DNA of 64,000 nucleotides from a virus: UHGV virus genome UHGV-0179428; one strand, 5' to 3'. Shown piece by piece: positions 55,085 to 64,000 of this stretch (position 1 is its first letter; each line of letters starts with the position of its first letter). The notes under the pieces were generated by a model. It saw only the letters and a program-made list of their open reading frames with translations, ran no database searches and was not told where the DNA came from. The position numbers and the translations under genes were made by a program.

Positions 55085-58000
55085 TAGGATCTTCCTTTAA
55101 TTTCGTTAACCTCTTGACGCAACGCTTTCATACCCTCTACTAACAGCGCAATAACGCCATTGTAGTTTAGACGTAAACGTTTTTCGCCTGAAATGGCATC
55201 ATCATCCTCAGACACAAGTTCAGGTAACGCTTCTAATGCGTCCTGAGCAATTAGACCTACAGAAGTCTGCCAGCCGTCATCAGGATGCTGAATTTCGTAC
55301 AAATAACCGGTTAGTAACTCTAACCGATCCAAAGCTTTATCCAGCTTCACCAGATTACGTTTGTTACGACGGTCAGAACGAATCTGTACGTCGTTAAACG
55401 AACCGTTACCGTTGCCAGTAACGTTATGTCCAAAGTTTACTTGGCCGTTAGAATTATTAAAAGACAACGGGCGTAATCCGTTCCAGGAACCCGCTGCGGC
55501 TTGTCCGGCGTCGGTTACTAAGAAATAGGTATTGGCACCGTCGTTACGTAAAATAAAACCGTAGGTACCGTAAGCGATTCGAAAATCAGGGTATTTAGTG
55601 GCCAATTTACCGTTAACGGTTAAATCGCCGCCTATAGTACCGCCCCCCGAAGGTAGTGCACCCACTTCTGCAGCAGTTGGCTTGTTTCTCGTATTGTAAG
55701 CACGACGCCAGCCTGGTGAGTATGTATCGCCGTTAAATACGTAGATAAACTCCGCATTAGTGAGTGCGCCACCGACGCTCGCCGTTGTGGCAGTCGTTAT
55801 ACGGATCGTGTAGTTGTTTGTGCTATTACCGTTACTAATCACTTCTATAACGGCCCCAGCTAACGGAATAACACCACAACCCGTCTCGCTGTGTGGTATG
55901 GACGCACTAGCGGCATAAGCCCATGCACAGCGAGCAACCCACGATCTTGTGGTAAATGCGCCGTTATTTTTCAATAACGTCACTAGCTGTGCTGTAGTTA
56001 TTGCGCCGCCATCTTTGCCAGTTTCTAACCAACCACTAGGCGATGCCGGACAACCTATATCGGCAGGTCCTAACGATATATTTCTAGTGCCGTCAAATGC
56101 GATACCGTTAATGGTTCTTGCGGTTTGCAACTTTGTTGCCGTGGCTGCGTTTCCGGTGGTCGCCTGATTACCTGTTTGGTTTACTCCAGGTAAACTGATG
56201 TCTTTAGTACCATCAAAAGCTACACCACCTATATTTCGCGCAGTCTGGAGCTTAGTCGCTGTCGCCGCATTCCCCGTAGTCGATTGGTTACCGGTTTGGT
56301 TTACGCCAGGAAGATTAACGTCTTTTGTCCCATCGAAAAGCACACCGCCGATCTTACGTGCGGTTTGTAACTTAGTAGCGGTCGCTGCATTACCTGTCGT
56401 ATTCTGGTTGCCTTGCTGGTTAACGCCCGGTAAATTGATATCACCTGTACCGTCAAAGGTAACGCCTCCGATCCTGCGAGCGGTTTTCAGTTTCGTCGCG
56501 GTAGCGGCGTTGCCGGTAGTATCTTGATTACCGGTGGCATTTACGCCAGGAATGCTGTCACGGGCAGTATAAACTTGTGCCCAATCTGACCACGGCGCAT
56601 CAGCCGTATCACGTCGACTACGAATATAAACTGGCGCGTGCGCACCACTCGTCCCCGACCATCCGATTAACAGCTCGCCTTCACCTAGCGCAGTAGAACC
56701 ACCCAAATGCAATAAGTTACCATAAGCGGTTGGATAACCGTTATTGTAAACTTCGTACATCTGAATACCGGGTGTACCTTTGTTTGATCCAGTCAGTGCA
56801 GTAACACGTCCACGTCCTACCAACGTGTTGATATTGATGTCTCTAGACCCATCAAATTTCACACCGTTGATGTTTCGAGCCGTTTGTAATTTGGTTGCGG
56901 TTCCCGCGTTCCCAGAGGTGTTTTGATTACCCTGTTGGTTCACACCAGGGAGGCTAATGTCGCCGCTACCGTCGAAACTTACACCGCCGATTAAACGGGC
57001 TGTTTTCAGTTTTGTTGCCGTTGACGCATTACCTGTCAATTCGCCCGATAACCCTTTTGCAAAGGTCTGTTTTTCTGCCCACGTATGCGCTGCATTCAAT
57101 ACGGGCATCTGGCGGCTAGTAATAGTACGTTTACCCTTTTCACCAGCGACGCGAACAGCAAAGAAGCGATAGTTAGCAGTAGACACTGTACCACGCCAGA
57201 CCAACATACTCCGGCCAGTACCGGTGTCCTCCGACGCCCCTACAAGAATAGTGACCAAGTTACCGTCGATAACACCCCAATCCATTCCCGCAGGAATGTT
57301 TTTCATGGTATTCAACGGTGTACTTATCATCTGGCCAGGAACGAAGTCGAATGTTTGCCAGTCTAACGGATCGACCTTAGCAGCAACCCCACCGATCCCT
57401 AAAGTCAGCGGGAGTGAATAGGATGTGAAAATCTCTCGCCATTCGCTCCAGGCGTTTCCTGTACGAATTCGTTGGAACTTGCGACCTTTCGAAGTTGCGC
57501 CTGTACCGTATGTGGTATAATTTTGTTCAACACCTGAACCGTCTAAGCGTAAGGTAACTTCGCAAACGCCTAGCAAGGTTGCGCCAGCAGAGTCTGTTAA
57601 CGGACTGTCTGTAGCCTCACCGGTAACACTAAAGCGACCTGGTTTAGTTAAGTCGTTAAAGCTACCCTTATAGTAGGCACCGTCTACCTGATACCCAACC
57701 TGAATCCAATCTTCCCACTGCGGATTAGACGAATCCCAAGTCGCAGTCAAACCACGGACATACATCGTACCATGTCGTGTGGTGTATCGTTGCAACCGTC
57801 CGTAAAGACCACCTTCCATGACTTCTAATACGCCTTGCGCATTACCGCCCTCTTCAGGATAATGTCTGTCGAACACCGCTAACGAACTGGACGAGTTACG
57901 CCAGTTACCCATGTGCTCAGCGCCGCCTAAGGAGTTCAGATCGATCGATGTAGATAACGGGCGTACACCGGTAGTTACCATTCTCCACGGTGACCACGGG

Positions 58001-59526
58001 CCATTAGTTCCGTTCCACGCACCTGACAACATACGGTTGTACACGTTACCATTACGGCAGGTAAAACGTTGCGCTCCACTGTAGTTGCCCGCTTTATACA
58101 CTTCCAGATAACCGACTGCACCGTCTTCTGGGAAGTGTTTTGCCATCGACGCATTGGTTGATGTCGACTTGGACCATGTTCCTGTGTAATTAGCATCTGG
58201 AGCAAATGTGTTAATATCAGCATCTACAGGCATTTCGCCACGGAAACGCAGATAGGTATCAGGAGATAGGCCGATATTGCGAGCAAAGGTTTCTTTATTG
58301 GGGATATCGGCACCGTTAGAATTTTTCTGTAATGCGCCGTTTGCTTTATCAACGGTGGGTTTCAAACCCAGGAAGTTAATGATATCCGCAGTTGACCCTT
58401 TCGCTAACAAGGATCTGGCAGTTTCTGTAAAATCGGTTAACTCGACTTTATTAGAGCCCGTGAAATACAGGAGTTTGTTTGCTGCACTTGTAACCGCAGC
58501 GATTGCGGTGAGTAACGGACTGAGAGGTTGTTTCTGAGCAAGCTCCTCAGTGATCGTTGTTGCGAAGTTAGGGTCATTACCTAACGCCTCTGCTAATTCC
58601 GCTAAGGTATTTAACGTCTCGGGTGAGGAACCAACCAATTCAGCAATCGCGTCACGCACCCAGGACGTTGTGGAGATGCTCGTGTCATTCGAGTCCTTCG
58701 GCGGTTTTGGTGTTGTCGGTTTACCCGTAAAATTCGGCGAATGTTTATTGGCTTTTAACTGTAATTCGTCGTTCAGCTGTTTAACAGTGGACGGCGTGGC
58801 AGCCTCCGTCACGGATTCGCTAGTCAGGGTATCGTTAAGTTTAACAATACCTTTACCGGTTGTAGTAGCGTCAACTAAGCCTTGGGCGGCGATTTTCTCC
58901 GCACGTAGGGCAGCTGACTCCGAACGCGTAGCTGCCCCTTCTGAGCTTTCTTTATCTTTCGCGACCTGTGCAGCAATCTTCTCCACTGCACCTTTACTGG
59001 CCTCAACTGAAGCCGCAGTATTTTCAACGCTGGTAGCCGCCTGTTGAACTTGTCCGGCCTGTTGCGTAACCGTTTCTGCTTTCTTAGTTACATCAGCCGC
59101 CGTAGCCGTCACAGATTGTTCGGATGTGGCGACAGCTTGAGCCTTCTCATTTACTGATTGTGAAACAGTATCTACGGCAGTTTTCGCTGCTAAAACCTCA
59201 GCGTGTTTTTTGTTAACCTCCGCAGTTTTAGTGGCAACGGTTCCCGCTTGCTCATTAACTGTGGAAGCTAACGTGTCAGTTTGTTGCTTCGCGGTTTCCG
59301 CTAAATTTTTTGCTTGCGCAGCTTCTGTTGCAGACTGTTGTGATTTGGCCGCAGCCGTTTGTGCATCAGCAACCGCGTTTCTGACGGTGTCAATGTCCGC
59401 AACGATTTCGCGGACGGGTAACTTATAATCTTTTTCGTCTTTCGAAAAAAGTAAAACGCCTTCGCCGATATCCCCGGTGTATGGACGCAAATCGTGTAAA
59501 CGAATTTTCTTTACCGCTTTAGCCAT
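55084..59526 (-). CDS. long tail fibre with Phage_fiber_2-type repeats and C-terminal self-cleaving intramolecular chaperone (S74-like) domain
   Basis: ORF track 55084-59586; ATG at 59526 (MAKAVKK); six GN..T.GNAATATKLQTAR.IGGV.FDG repeats; C-terminal ...SDRRNKRNL...GLIAQDALEALPELV... resembles the endosialidase-chaperone autoproteolytic domain; N-terminal Ala/Gln/Thr-rich coiled coil. Confidence 0.8.
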   Translation of the reverse strand: MAKAVKKIRLHDLRPYTGDIGEGVLLFSKDEKDYKLPVREIVADIDTVRNAVADAQTAAAKSQQSATEAAQAKNLAETAKQQTDTLASTVNEQAGTVATKTAEVNKKHAEVLAAKTAVDTVSQSVNEKAQAVATSEQSVTATAADVTKKAETVTQQAGQVQQAATSVENTAASVEASKGAVEKIAAQVAKDKESSEGAATRSESAALRAEKIAAQGLVDATTTGKGIVKLNDTLTSESVTEAATPSTVKQLNDELQLKANKHSPNFTGKPTTPKPPKDSNDTSISTTSWVRDAIAELVGSSPETLNTLAELAEALGNDPNFATTITEELAQKQPLSPLLTAIAAVTSAANKLLYFTGSNKVELTDFTETARSLLAKGSTADIINFLGLKPTVDKANGALQKNSNGADIPNKETFARNIGLSPDTYLRFRGEMPVDADINTFAPDANYTGTWSKSTSTNASMAKHFPEDGAVGYLEVYKAGNYSGAQRFTCRNGNVYNRMLSGAWNGTNGPWSPWRMVTTGVRPLSTSIDLNSLGGAEHMGNWRNSSSSLAVFDRHYPEEGGNAQGVLEVMEGGLYGRLQRYTTRHGTMYVRGLTATWDSSNPQWEDWIQVGYQVDGAYYKGSFNDLTKPGRFSVTGEATDSPLTDSAGATLLGVCEVTLRLDGSGVEQNYTTYGTGATSKGRKFQRIRTGNAWSEWREIFTSYSLPLTLGIGGVAAKVDPLDWQTFDFVPGQMISTPLNTMKNIPAGMDWGVIDGNLVTILVGASEDTGTGRSMLVWRGTVSTANYRFFAVRVAGEKGKRTITSRQMPVLNAAHTWAEKQTFAKGLSGELTGNASTATKLKTARLIGGVSFDGSGDISLPGVNQQGNQNTSGNAGTATKLQTARNINGVKFDGSRDININTLVGRGRVTALTGSNKGTPGIQMYEVYNNGYPTAYGNLLHLGGSTALGEGELLIGWSGTSGAHAPVYIRSRRDTADAPWSDWAQVYTARDSIPGVNATGNQDTTGNAATATKLKTARRIGGVTFDGTGDINLPGVNQQGNQNTTGNAATATKLQTARKIGGVLFDGTKDVNLPGVNQTGNQSTTGNAATATKLQTARNIGGVAFDGTKDISLPGVNQTGNQATTGNAATATKLQTARTINGIAFDGTRNISLGPADIGCPASPSGWLETGKDGGAITTAQLVTLLKNNGAFTTRSWVARCAWAYAASASIPHSETGCGVIPLAGAVIEVISNGNSTNNYTIRITTATTASVGGALTNAEFIYVFNGDTYSPGWRRAYNTRNKPTAAEVGALPSGGGTIGGDLTVNGKLATKYPDFRIAYGTYGFILRNDGANTYFLVTDAGQAAAGSWNGLRPLSFNNSNGQVNFGHNVTGNGNGSFNDVQIRSDRRNKRNLVKLDKALDRLELLTGYLYEIQHPDDGWQTSVGLIAQDALEALPELVSEDDDAISGEKRLRLNYNGVIALLVEGMKALRQEVNEIKGRS
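56060..56560 (-). repeat. tandem in-frame repeats (about 111 bp each) encoding tail-fibre repeat units
   Basis: Four or more near-identical units visible in the DNA and as GNQ.TTGNAATATKLQTAR.IGGV.FDGTKD..LPGVNQ in the protein; two more copies at about 56830-57050. Confidence 0.8.
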
Positions 59527-59724
59527 GATATTTAATTCTCTATCTGGAGCTAAAAGATCTGGGAAGGTAAAACACCCCCCCAACATTTTTATAAGCGGAC
59601 TATTATACTGGTTTTAATCCATCATCTTCTAACGTGAAAGTGATGTCCAATTCCGCGTTCTCATGATCTGGGTTTACTAAGTCTTGATAAAAGTTTGTTT
59701 TGGCCTCCGTTACCGGTAAAACCG

Positions 59725-60291
59725 TCAAGTTCCTGTAGCCGGGCTTTCCTCAGCTGTGTCGTCATCTGGAACCTCGAATGTAAGAACGGCTTCATCATCA
59801 ATACAGAAGATTGCATCTTCTTCGTTTGCCAATGCCCGTTCGGTTGTATCAAATAACGTCACCATAAACGCATTCATCCACGCAGGAGAATCGTCAGCAA
59901 CGTTAACAGCAATGGGTTCGTTACCTAAGGTGATATCTGCAGCACGTAAATCTTCGGGTTGTAAGTTCGTTCCGCAGAATTCATTTACAACACCTAAAAT
60001 GTCACGAAGGTTGTCTTCAGTACCGTCTAACGAAATCAAAATAGGTTCAGACGCTAACACTTCGTCCGCATCCAAACGGTCGTAATAAACAACCACAGAA
60101 GCACCATCAGGTTTCCTGATTTTTGTAATCTCTGTCAGTGTGTTACGACGCGATGTGGTCGGGGACGGGTTTGCCATAGTGTTGCTAATACGGATTTCGT
60201 TTAGAGACAACCGTGAACCGTTATCGTGGTTGATTAAAGCGACCACCAATTCGGCTGAGGCCAGACTTAAATCAGGTACGTAAGTAGTCAC
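59725..60291 (-). CDS. paralog-family protein (VPDLSL...LINHD N-terminus); possible frameshifted C-terminus
   Basis: ORF track 59725-60324; GTG at 60291 after GGGAGG; family C-terminal motif ELDGFT is encoded in the +1 frame just past the stop. Confidence 0.6.
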   Translation of the reverse strand: MTTYVPDLSLASAELVVALINHDNGSRLSLNEIRISNTMANPSPTTSRRNTLTEITKIRKPDGASVVVYYDRLDADEVLASEPILISLDGTEDNLRDILGVVNEFCGTNLQPEDLRAADITLGNEPIAVNVADDSPAWMNAFMVTLFDTTERALANEEDAIFCIDDEAVLTFEVPDDDTAEESPATGT

Positions 60292-60305
60292 TAAAACCTC
60301 CCAGA

Positions 60306-60351
60306 TCAAAAAAAATAAAAACACCTACCGCCCATAGAATCGGGCGGTAGG
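60306..60351 (-). terminator. rho-independent terminator
   Basis: CCTACCGCCC-loop-GGGCGGTAGG 10-bp stem followed on minus strand by a long T tract. Confidence 0.7.
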
Positions 60352-60377
60352 CGGTCATTTTGCAGCTAAATATCAAA

Positions 60378-60752
60378 TCAGACCGTTAGTTCTCCACATA
60401 ACTCAACATCGATACCGAACGTCATTCCCACTTCTTGAAGTTTGTTCGCCAGTAGGTGACGATGACAAAACTTACCTGCGGGACAATAGCACATCAAAAC
60501 CAAATCTTCGTGTCTAAGCAACGAGACCAACGTTTCGGCATCGGTATCTAACAGTCGTTCGAGTTTGTACAAATACTTTACCGTGTATTCACGCTCAGCG
60601 CCAGCGTCTTGGGCAGAATTTTTATACGCCATTAGGAAATCCCAGTCGGGGGCGAGTTCCTTTCGCCCTGACTTCACAGTGATATCCACTGCGTGAAATC
60701 CTTTTTGCTTAGCTAACCGCCACTTAGCGAGTTGTAGCGTCCAGATACGCAT
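60378..60752 (-). CDS. DUF488-like protein
   Basis: ORF track; LVLMCYCPAGKFCHRHLLANKL fits the DUF488 C..C...CHR pattern; TAATG overlap with upstream gene. Confidence 0.4.
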   Translation of the reverse strand: MRIWTLQLAKWRLAKQKGFHAVDITVKSGRKELAPDWDFLMAYKNSAQDAGAEREYTVKYLYKLERLLDTDAETLVSLLRHEDLVLMCYCPAGKFCHRHLLANKLQEVGMTFGIDVELCGELTV

Positions 60753-60949
60753 TAGGAACGAGTCTGCGATTCAGCCATCAACGCACAGCTTCTTACAGCC
60801 TGTGCATGAAGCTCTGTACCGGGTGTATAATCCTTTATACAGTCCTGGTACAATTCACGTTTCGTTTCTAAAGTACGAGAGTCGTACTCGGCATTCGCTA
60901 AAGCCCCTGCAATAACGATAAAAACTACAATCGGCAACCAAATTTTCAT
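60752..60949 (-). CDS. small membrane-anchored protein with Cys pair
   Basis: ORF track; GGAGG RBS; N-terminal TM/signal-anchor; paralog of next gene. Confidence 0.6.
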   Translation of the reverse strand: MKIWLPIVVFIVIAGALANAEYDSRTLETKRELYQDCIKDYTPGTELHAQAVRSCALMAESQTRS

Positions 60950-61158
60950 TTCCCTCCTCCCATTCGTTTAGCGTATTCCGTACACGCCATTACTAATTCA
61001 GCGTAACGTGGGCTATCTACAGTAGTGCCTGACATACATTCACGATAAAGGGAGTCTCTACGTGCTTCGTCAGACGTCTTAACGTAGAACATCAACATCG
61101 CTACAATCAACGCAGTTGAAACGATTGCTGAAATGATATATCCGTCATTTATTTTCAT
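60946..61158 (-). CDS. small membrane-anchored protein with Cys pair (paralog)
   Basis: ORF track; ATGA overlap with downstream gene; shared pattern SLY.EC...C. Confidence 0.55.
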   Translation of the reverse strand: MKINDGYIISAIVSTALIVAMLMFYVKTSDEARRDSLYRECMSGTTVDSPRYAELVMACTEYAKRMGGGK

Positions 61159-61675
61159 CTATAAAGCACCAAGGTTCTGGATAAAAGTCTGTAAGTAAAT
61201 CAACGTAAAAACTATGTAAATTTGTTAGCCTTATAACACACCCTAACAAATCGTGATCGGCGCGATGATAAATCACTACAGAAGTTTTTGATAATCGTTT
61301 AACATGTATAAACCCATCATCTTTTATTCTGCGATACAGCATCTTAAAATCGATTTCACCTACCGTATCAGGTTCACCTACGACGGAAAACCGAATATGT
61401 GGCCGTTCGCTACCTTGGGTTGATAAAAATTCCTCTGTCGTCATTGCATAAACCTGCCCTAAAAAGGATAGGTGGGGAATTACTTCTTTACGCAACTCGC
61501 TGCTCGAAATCTTAGCAAAAACCTGGCGTTCCGTTAAGTGCATTAACTCGCCTAATCTCCCCAAGTCTTTGTTATATCCCAAAAAAAGAGCCACTTTCTC
61601 GTCATGCGTAATAGGCGGCCATTCGACCGCCTTTGCCCGACGTTGCTTAAACCAACTCACAAGTCGCGCTATCAC
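61145..61675 (-). CDS. hypothetical protein
   Basis: ORF track; GTG start after GGAAGAGGA. Confidence 0.6.
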   Translation of the reverse strand: MIARLVSWFKQRRAKAVEWPPITHDEKVALFLGYNKDLGRLGELMHLTERQVFAKISSSELRKEVIPHLSFLGQVYAMTTEEFLSTQGSERPHIRFSVVGEPDTVGEIDFKMLYRRIKDDGFIHVKRLSKTSVVIYHRADHDLLGCVIRLTNLHSFYVDLLTDFYPEPWCFIDENK

Positions 61676-61677
61676 GC

Positions 61678-62370
61678 TTAGTAATCCTCTTCCTGATTAA
61701 CTACCGATTGGATACGCGTTGCGACTTCGCTAGTGTCCAGGTCAGTTTCGTCGACCTTATCCACGAGCTTCTGTACTTTACGTACATGAGATTCGGTAAC
61801 ATCAAAACGACCACGATCGGCTAACAGCAACGTTACCATGTCCTTACGTGTAACCATCAGTTCTTCTTCAGGTAAGTGTAAGGATTTGTCTAACAGCCCA
61901 GAATGCATGAAGTTTTCCAGTAAGCGTTCTTCTCCCTGGTCGAAATCATAACGTTCGTTAGGTGCAGCAACAAAAGCATAACCGAAGTAGTTTTCTTCTG
62001 TCTCACGTAGCGATTTAATGATTTTGTCACCGTGTTGGCAGAAATCACTTAACGTGTAGTCGTCAAGTGTTGCCACGATGGTTTCTGCTTGTACACCGTT
62101 ATCTGTTTCGTACAGATGCGCAACCCATAGTTTCCAGTTACGCGGTTCGTCAAACAGACCACCGATTAACATATCAGTTGCTGCCATGCGCATACGCGGC
62201 GACGTTGTGAACTGGAAACCACGGCCCGCGTACGGGCCGATAGGACGAATAGAACTACCGACGAAGGTAATGCGGTTTAACGCATTTTCAGCAATGGTAT
62301 GCGCGGTACGGTTAGCAGCCGCTTTCGGGTTATACTTTTTGTTACGAGGTTTCTTTTGTTTGGTAGCCAT
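61678..62370 (-). CDS. hypothetical protein
   Basis: ORF track; TAATG overlap with upstream gene. Confidence 0.7.
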   Translation of the reverse strand: MATKQKKPRNKKYNPKAAANRTAHTIAENALNRITFVGSSIRPIGPYAGRGFQFTTSPRMRMAATDMLIGGLFDEPRNWKLWVAHLYETDNGVQAETIVATLDDYTLSDFCQHGDKIIKSLRETEENYFGYAFVAAPNERYDFDQGEERLLENFMHSGLLDKSLHLPEEELMVTRKDMVTLLLADRGRFDVTESHVRKVQKLVDKVDETDLDTSEVATRIQSVVNQEEDY

Positions 62371-62852
62371 TATTTATTCTCAACTAATACTGTGTGAAAT
62401 GCTTTGTAAAGAGCTTGACGTGTCTCAACTAACGCAGGGCGATTAATCAAGCACATGTATCCGATTTTCCAAGACCAGTAAGAAGTGTCGTCGGTATTTA
62501 ATCCATAGTCAGGTTCAAGATATACCAAATCCGTGTATGCATCTGGTATATAAAGACGACACAAACTAAGATTCCAAAAATTAGGTAAATCCGACTTTGC
62601 AAGTTCGGACATAACCTCCATTGGAAGCTGGCTTCCGATACCATCTGTTGCAAAAACGATATGCAGATTTCCAGGCGATTTAGAATACATACCGTGGCCT
62701 TCACAGCTCCACATCGTCGCCAGGTGCGGATGGTCGTTGATTAGTTTACAGGTATCACGAACACCTTTCTCAATGTAACCGTTTTTAGTTGCAGACTGAG
62801 CACGCTCTTTAAATGACGCCAGTCTTTCTGCGTCAACAGAAAATTGAATCAT
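62370..62852 (-). CDS. hypothetical protein
   Basis: ORF track; ATGA overlap with upstream gene. Confidence 0.7.
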   Translation of the reverse strand: MIQFSVDAERLASFKERAQSATKNGYIEKGVRDTCKLINDHPHLATMWSCEGHGMYSKSPGNLHIVFATDGIGSQLPMEVMSELAKSDLPNFWNLSLCRLYIPDAYTDLVYLEPDYGLNTDDTSYWSWKIGYMCLINRPALVETRQALYKAFHTVLVENK

Positions 62853-63313
62853 GACGGATTCTTCCCTAAAATTATCTCACGCATTTCCAGGTAGGTATCA
62901 AACGGCACTACGGTGTCTTTGTAACGCAACGTTACGTAAGTTACGAAGTGTTGCGGTGCCAGGAAAGCACGTTTTGGCGACCCGTCGTGGTTGTAATACT
63001 GTTTCGGACGATAGTTGTTGAAAATGTCTTCCCGTGGGAATAATGATTTCTGAATAACCACTTCCCAGCGGTGTGGCGTTTCCAAGAGTCCAATACGGAT
63101 CAGCATAGCATCTACCCACCGGCTCATGTTTTCGGTTAATACGAAACTGACGTGGTGGTGCTGTACCTCTGCTAACGCGACTTCGGGTTCTTTATCCAGT
63201 CGCATTAATACCGCAAACAGAGGACGATAGTCAGAATCGTACAGGTCACGGAAAGCGGTTTTCTCACGCTGTTTAAACAACTCAACAATTTCTTTAGATT
63301 CAAAACATTTCAT
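62849..63313 (-). CDS. hypothetical protein
   Basis: ORF track; AGGAGAAAAGAAA-ATG. Confidence 0.7.
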   Translation of the reverse strand: MKCFESKEIVELFKQREKTAFRDLYDSDYRPLFAVLMRLDKEPEVALAEVQHHHVSFVLTENMSRWVDAMLIRIGLLETPHRWEVVIQKSLFPREDIFNNYRPKQYYNHDGSPKRAFLAPQHFVTYVTLRYKDTVVPFDTYLEMREIILGKNPS

Positions 63314-63358
63314 TTTCTTTTCTCCTAATCATTAAAATAGTCACAGTTGTAAAAAAGA

Positions 63359-63880
63359 CTACGGGTTATAAGGCAGCGGTTTGCAATCCCGCTTTTTCAA
63401 CTCCTCTACTAACTCAGGTAACGTACACCAGCGTTTAAATTGGTTGTTGGCTTTAAAGTGGCTAAGAATTTCCTCTACACGTTCAATAGACCAATTCCCT
63501 TTACCTACGTTATCTAAATCTTTACGTAGCGAGAGCGTCTCAATGGTAAACGCTAACTCTGAACTGTCCGAGTGGTCGTACAACAATCTTACTGGCGTGG
63601 ACTGATGCAGCGTAACACGCCACCCTGACTCCTTAGCCCAATAGACATCCTTAATCCGACCACTGACGTCAATTAAAGAGCTAATATAAGTCCATTCTCC
63701 TTCCAGTTTGTTCTCTTCGGCAGTTAATGCTTCTTCTAATCGCAAAGAGTTAGGGGACGGAATCCACCAACCGTACTTACCGTAATAATCGTCTATTACA
63801 GTAATACCTTCGTAATACAGATATTGTGTTTTTGTATTAACGAATATTTCATCGCCAATTAAGACAGCGTTTATCTTCAT
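63359..63880 (-). CDS. hypothetical protein
   Basis: ORF track; ATGA overlap with upstream partial gene. Confidence 0.7.
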   Translation of the reverse strand: MKINAVLIGDEIFVNTKTQYLYYEGITVIDDYYGKYGWWIPSPNSLRLEEALTAEENKLEGEWTYISSLIDVSGRIKDVYWAKESGWRVTLHQSTPVRLLYDHSDSSELAFTIETLSLRKDLDNVGKGNWSIERVEEILSHFKANNQFKRWCTLPELVEELKKRDCKPLPYNP

Positions 63881-64000
63881 CGTAAGTGCTTCCTGTAAAA
63901 CAAGTCATAGGTGGTCGAGCTAGATGGATCAATAGAACCTACCAATGGCATAATTTTCTTTTCTGATATTCCAGTTGCCCAAGCAGCCCGCGCAAAGTCG
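63877..64000 (-). CDS. hypothetical protein, C-terminal part (gene starts beyond window end)
   Basis: Open minus-strand frame from 64000 down to a TGA that overlaps the ATG of 63359-63880 (ATGA coupling); manual translation ...DFARAAWATGISEKKIMPLVGSIDPSSSTTYDLFYRKHLR. Confidence 0.4.
   Translation of the reverse strand, partial: DFARAAWATGISEKKIMPLVGSIDPSSSTTYDLFYRKHLR

Noticed and set aside
56198-56527. Plus-strand ORFs inside the fibre repeat region (55949-56167, 56198-56527, 58550-59047)
   Set aside because: Antisense to the 1479-aa fibre gene; their apparent repetitiveness (AVAA(F/L)PVV) is a mirror of the coding repeats on the minus strand
1-64000. tRNA genes, integrase/transposase or att sites, CRISPR arrays
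   Set aside because: I scanned the intergenic regions for cloverleaf-like GC-rich 70-90 nt segments and for recombinase motifs and saw none; the intergenic hairpins are better explained as terminators. A tRNA scan on the full sequence would be needed for a firm negative.

Overview
The window reads as a densely packed segment of a large virulent tailed bacteriophage genome, probably enterobacterial and of contractile-tail type; no tRNA, rRNA, CRISPR array or transposase was seen. All calls rest on the ORF track, motif reading by eye and local sequence context, with no database search possible. Genes are tightly spaced, often coupled by ATGA or TAATG overlaps, carry strong AAGGAG-type ribosome-binding sites, and are punctuated by GC-rich hairpin plus T-tract terminators. 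Layout: minus-strand block 1-15036 (lytic transglycosylase, macro-like protein, GNAT, SMC/Rad50-like ATPase, five consecutive signal-peptide proteins, a paralog family with a shared C-terminal module); plus-strand structural block 15358-38711 (central-spike-like protein, four giant fibre-like proteins sharing an N-terminal module); minus-strand block 38791-64000 (repeated-paralog proteins, a lysis cluster with GH108 lysozyme and M15 peptidase, a 1479-aa tail fibre with repeats and a C-terminal self-cleaving chaperone domain, Gly-rich proteins). The most striking region is 33228-38711: three tandem genes for Cys-rich (C-x3-C)n proteins with a conserved N-terminal region, followed by two radical-SAM enzymes (CNLDCxF/YC clusters, the second with a SPASM-like Cys-rich C-terminus) and accessory ORFs. 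This looks like a phage-encoded RiPP-like or structural-protein cross-linking system and appears undescribed as far as I can judge. Other observations: a promoter-like motif with 5' hairpin repeated four times, a probable frameshift at the end of gene 59725-60291, and unannotated small ORFs.
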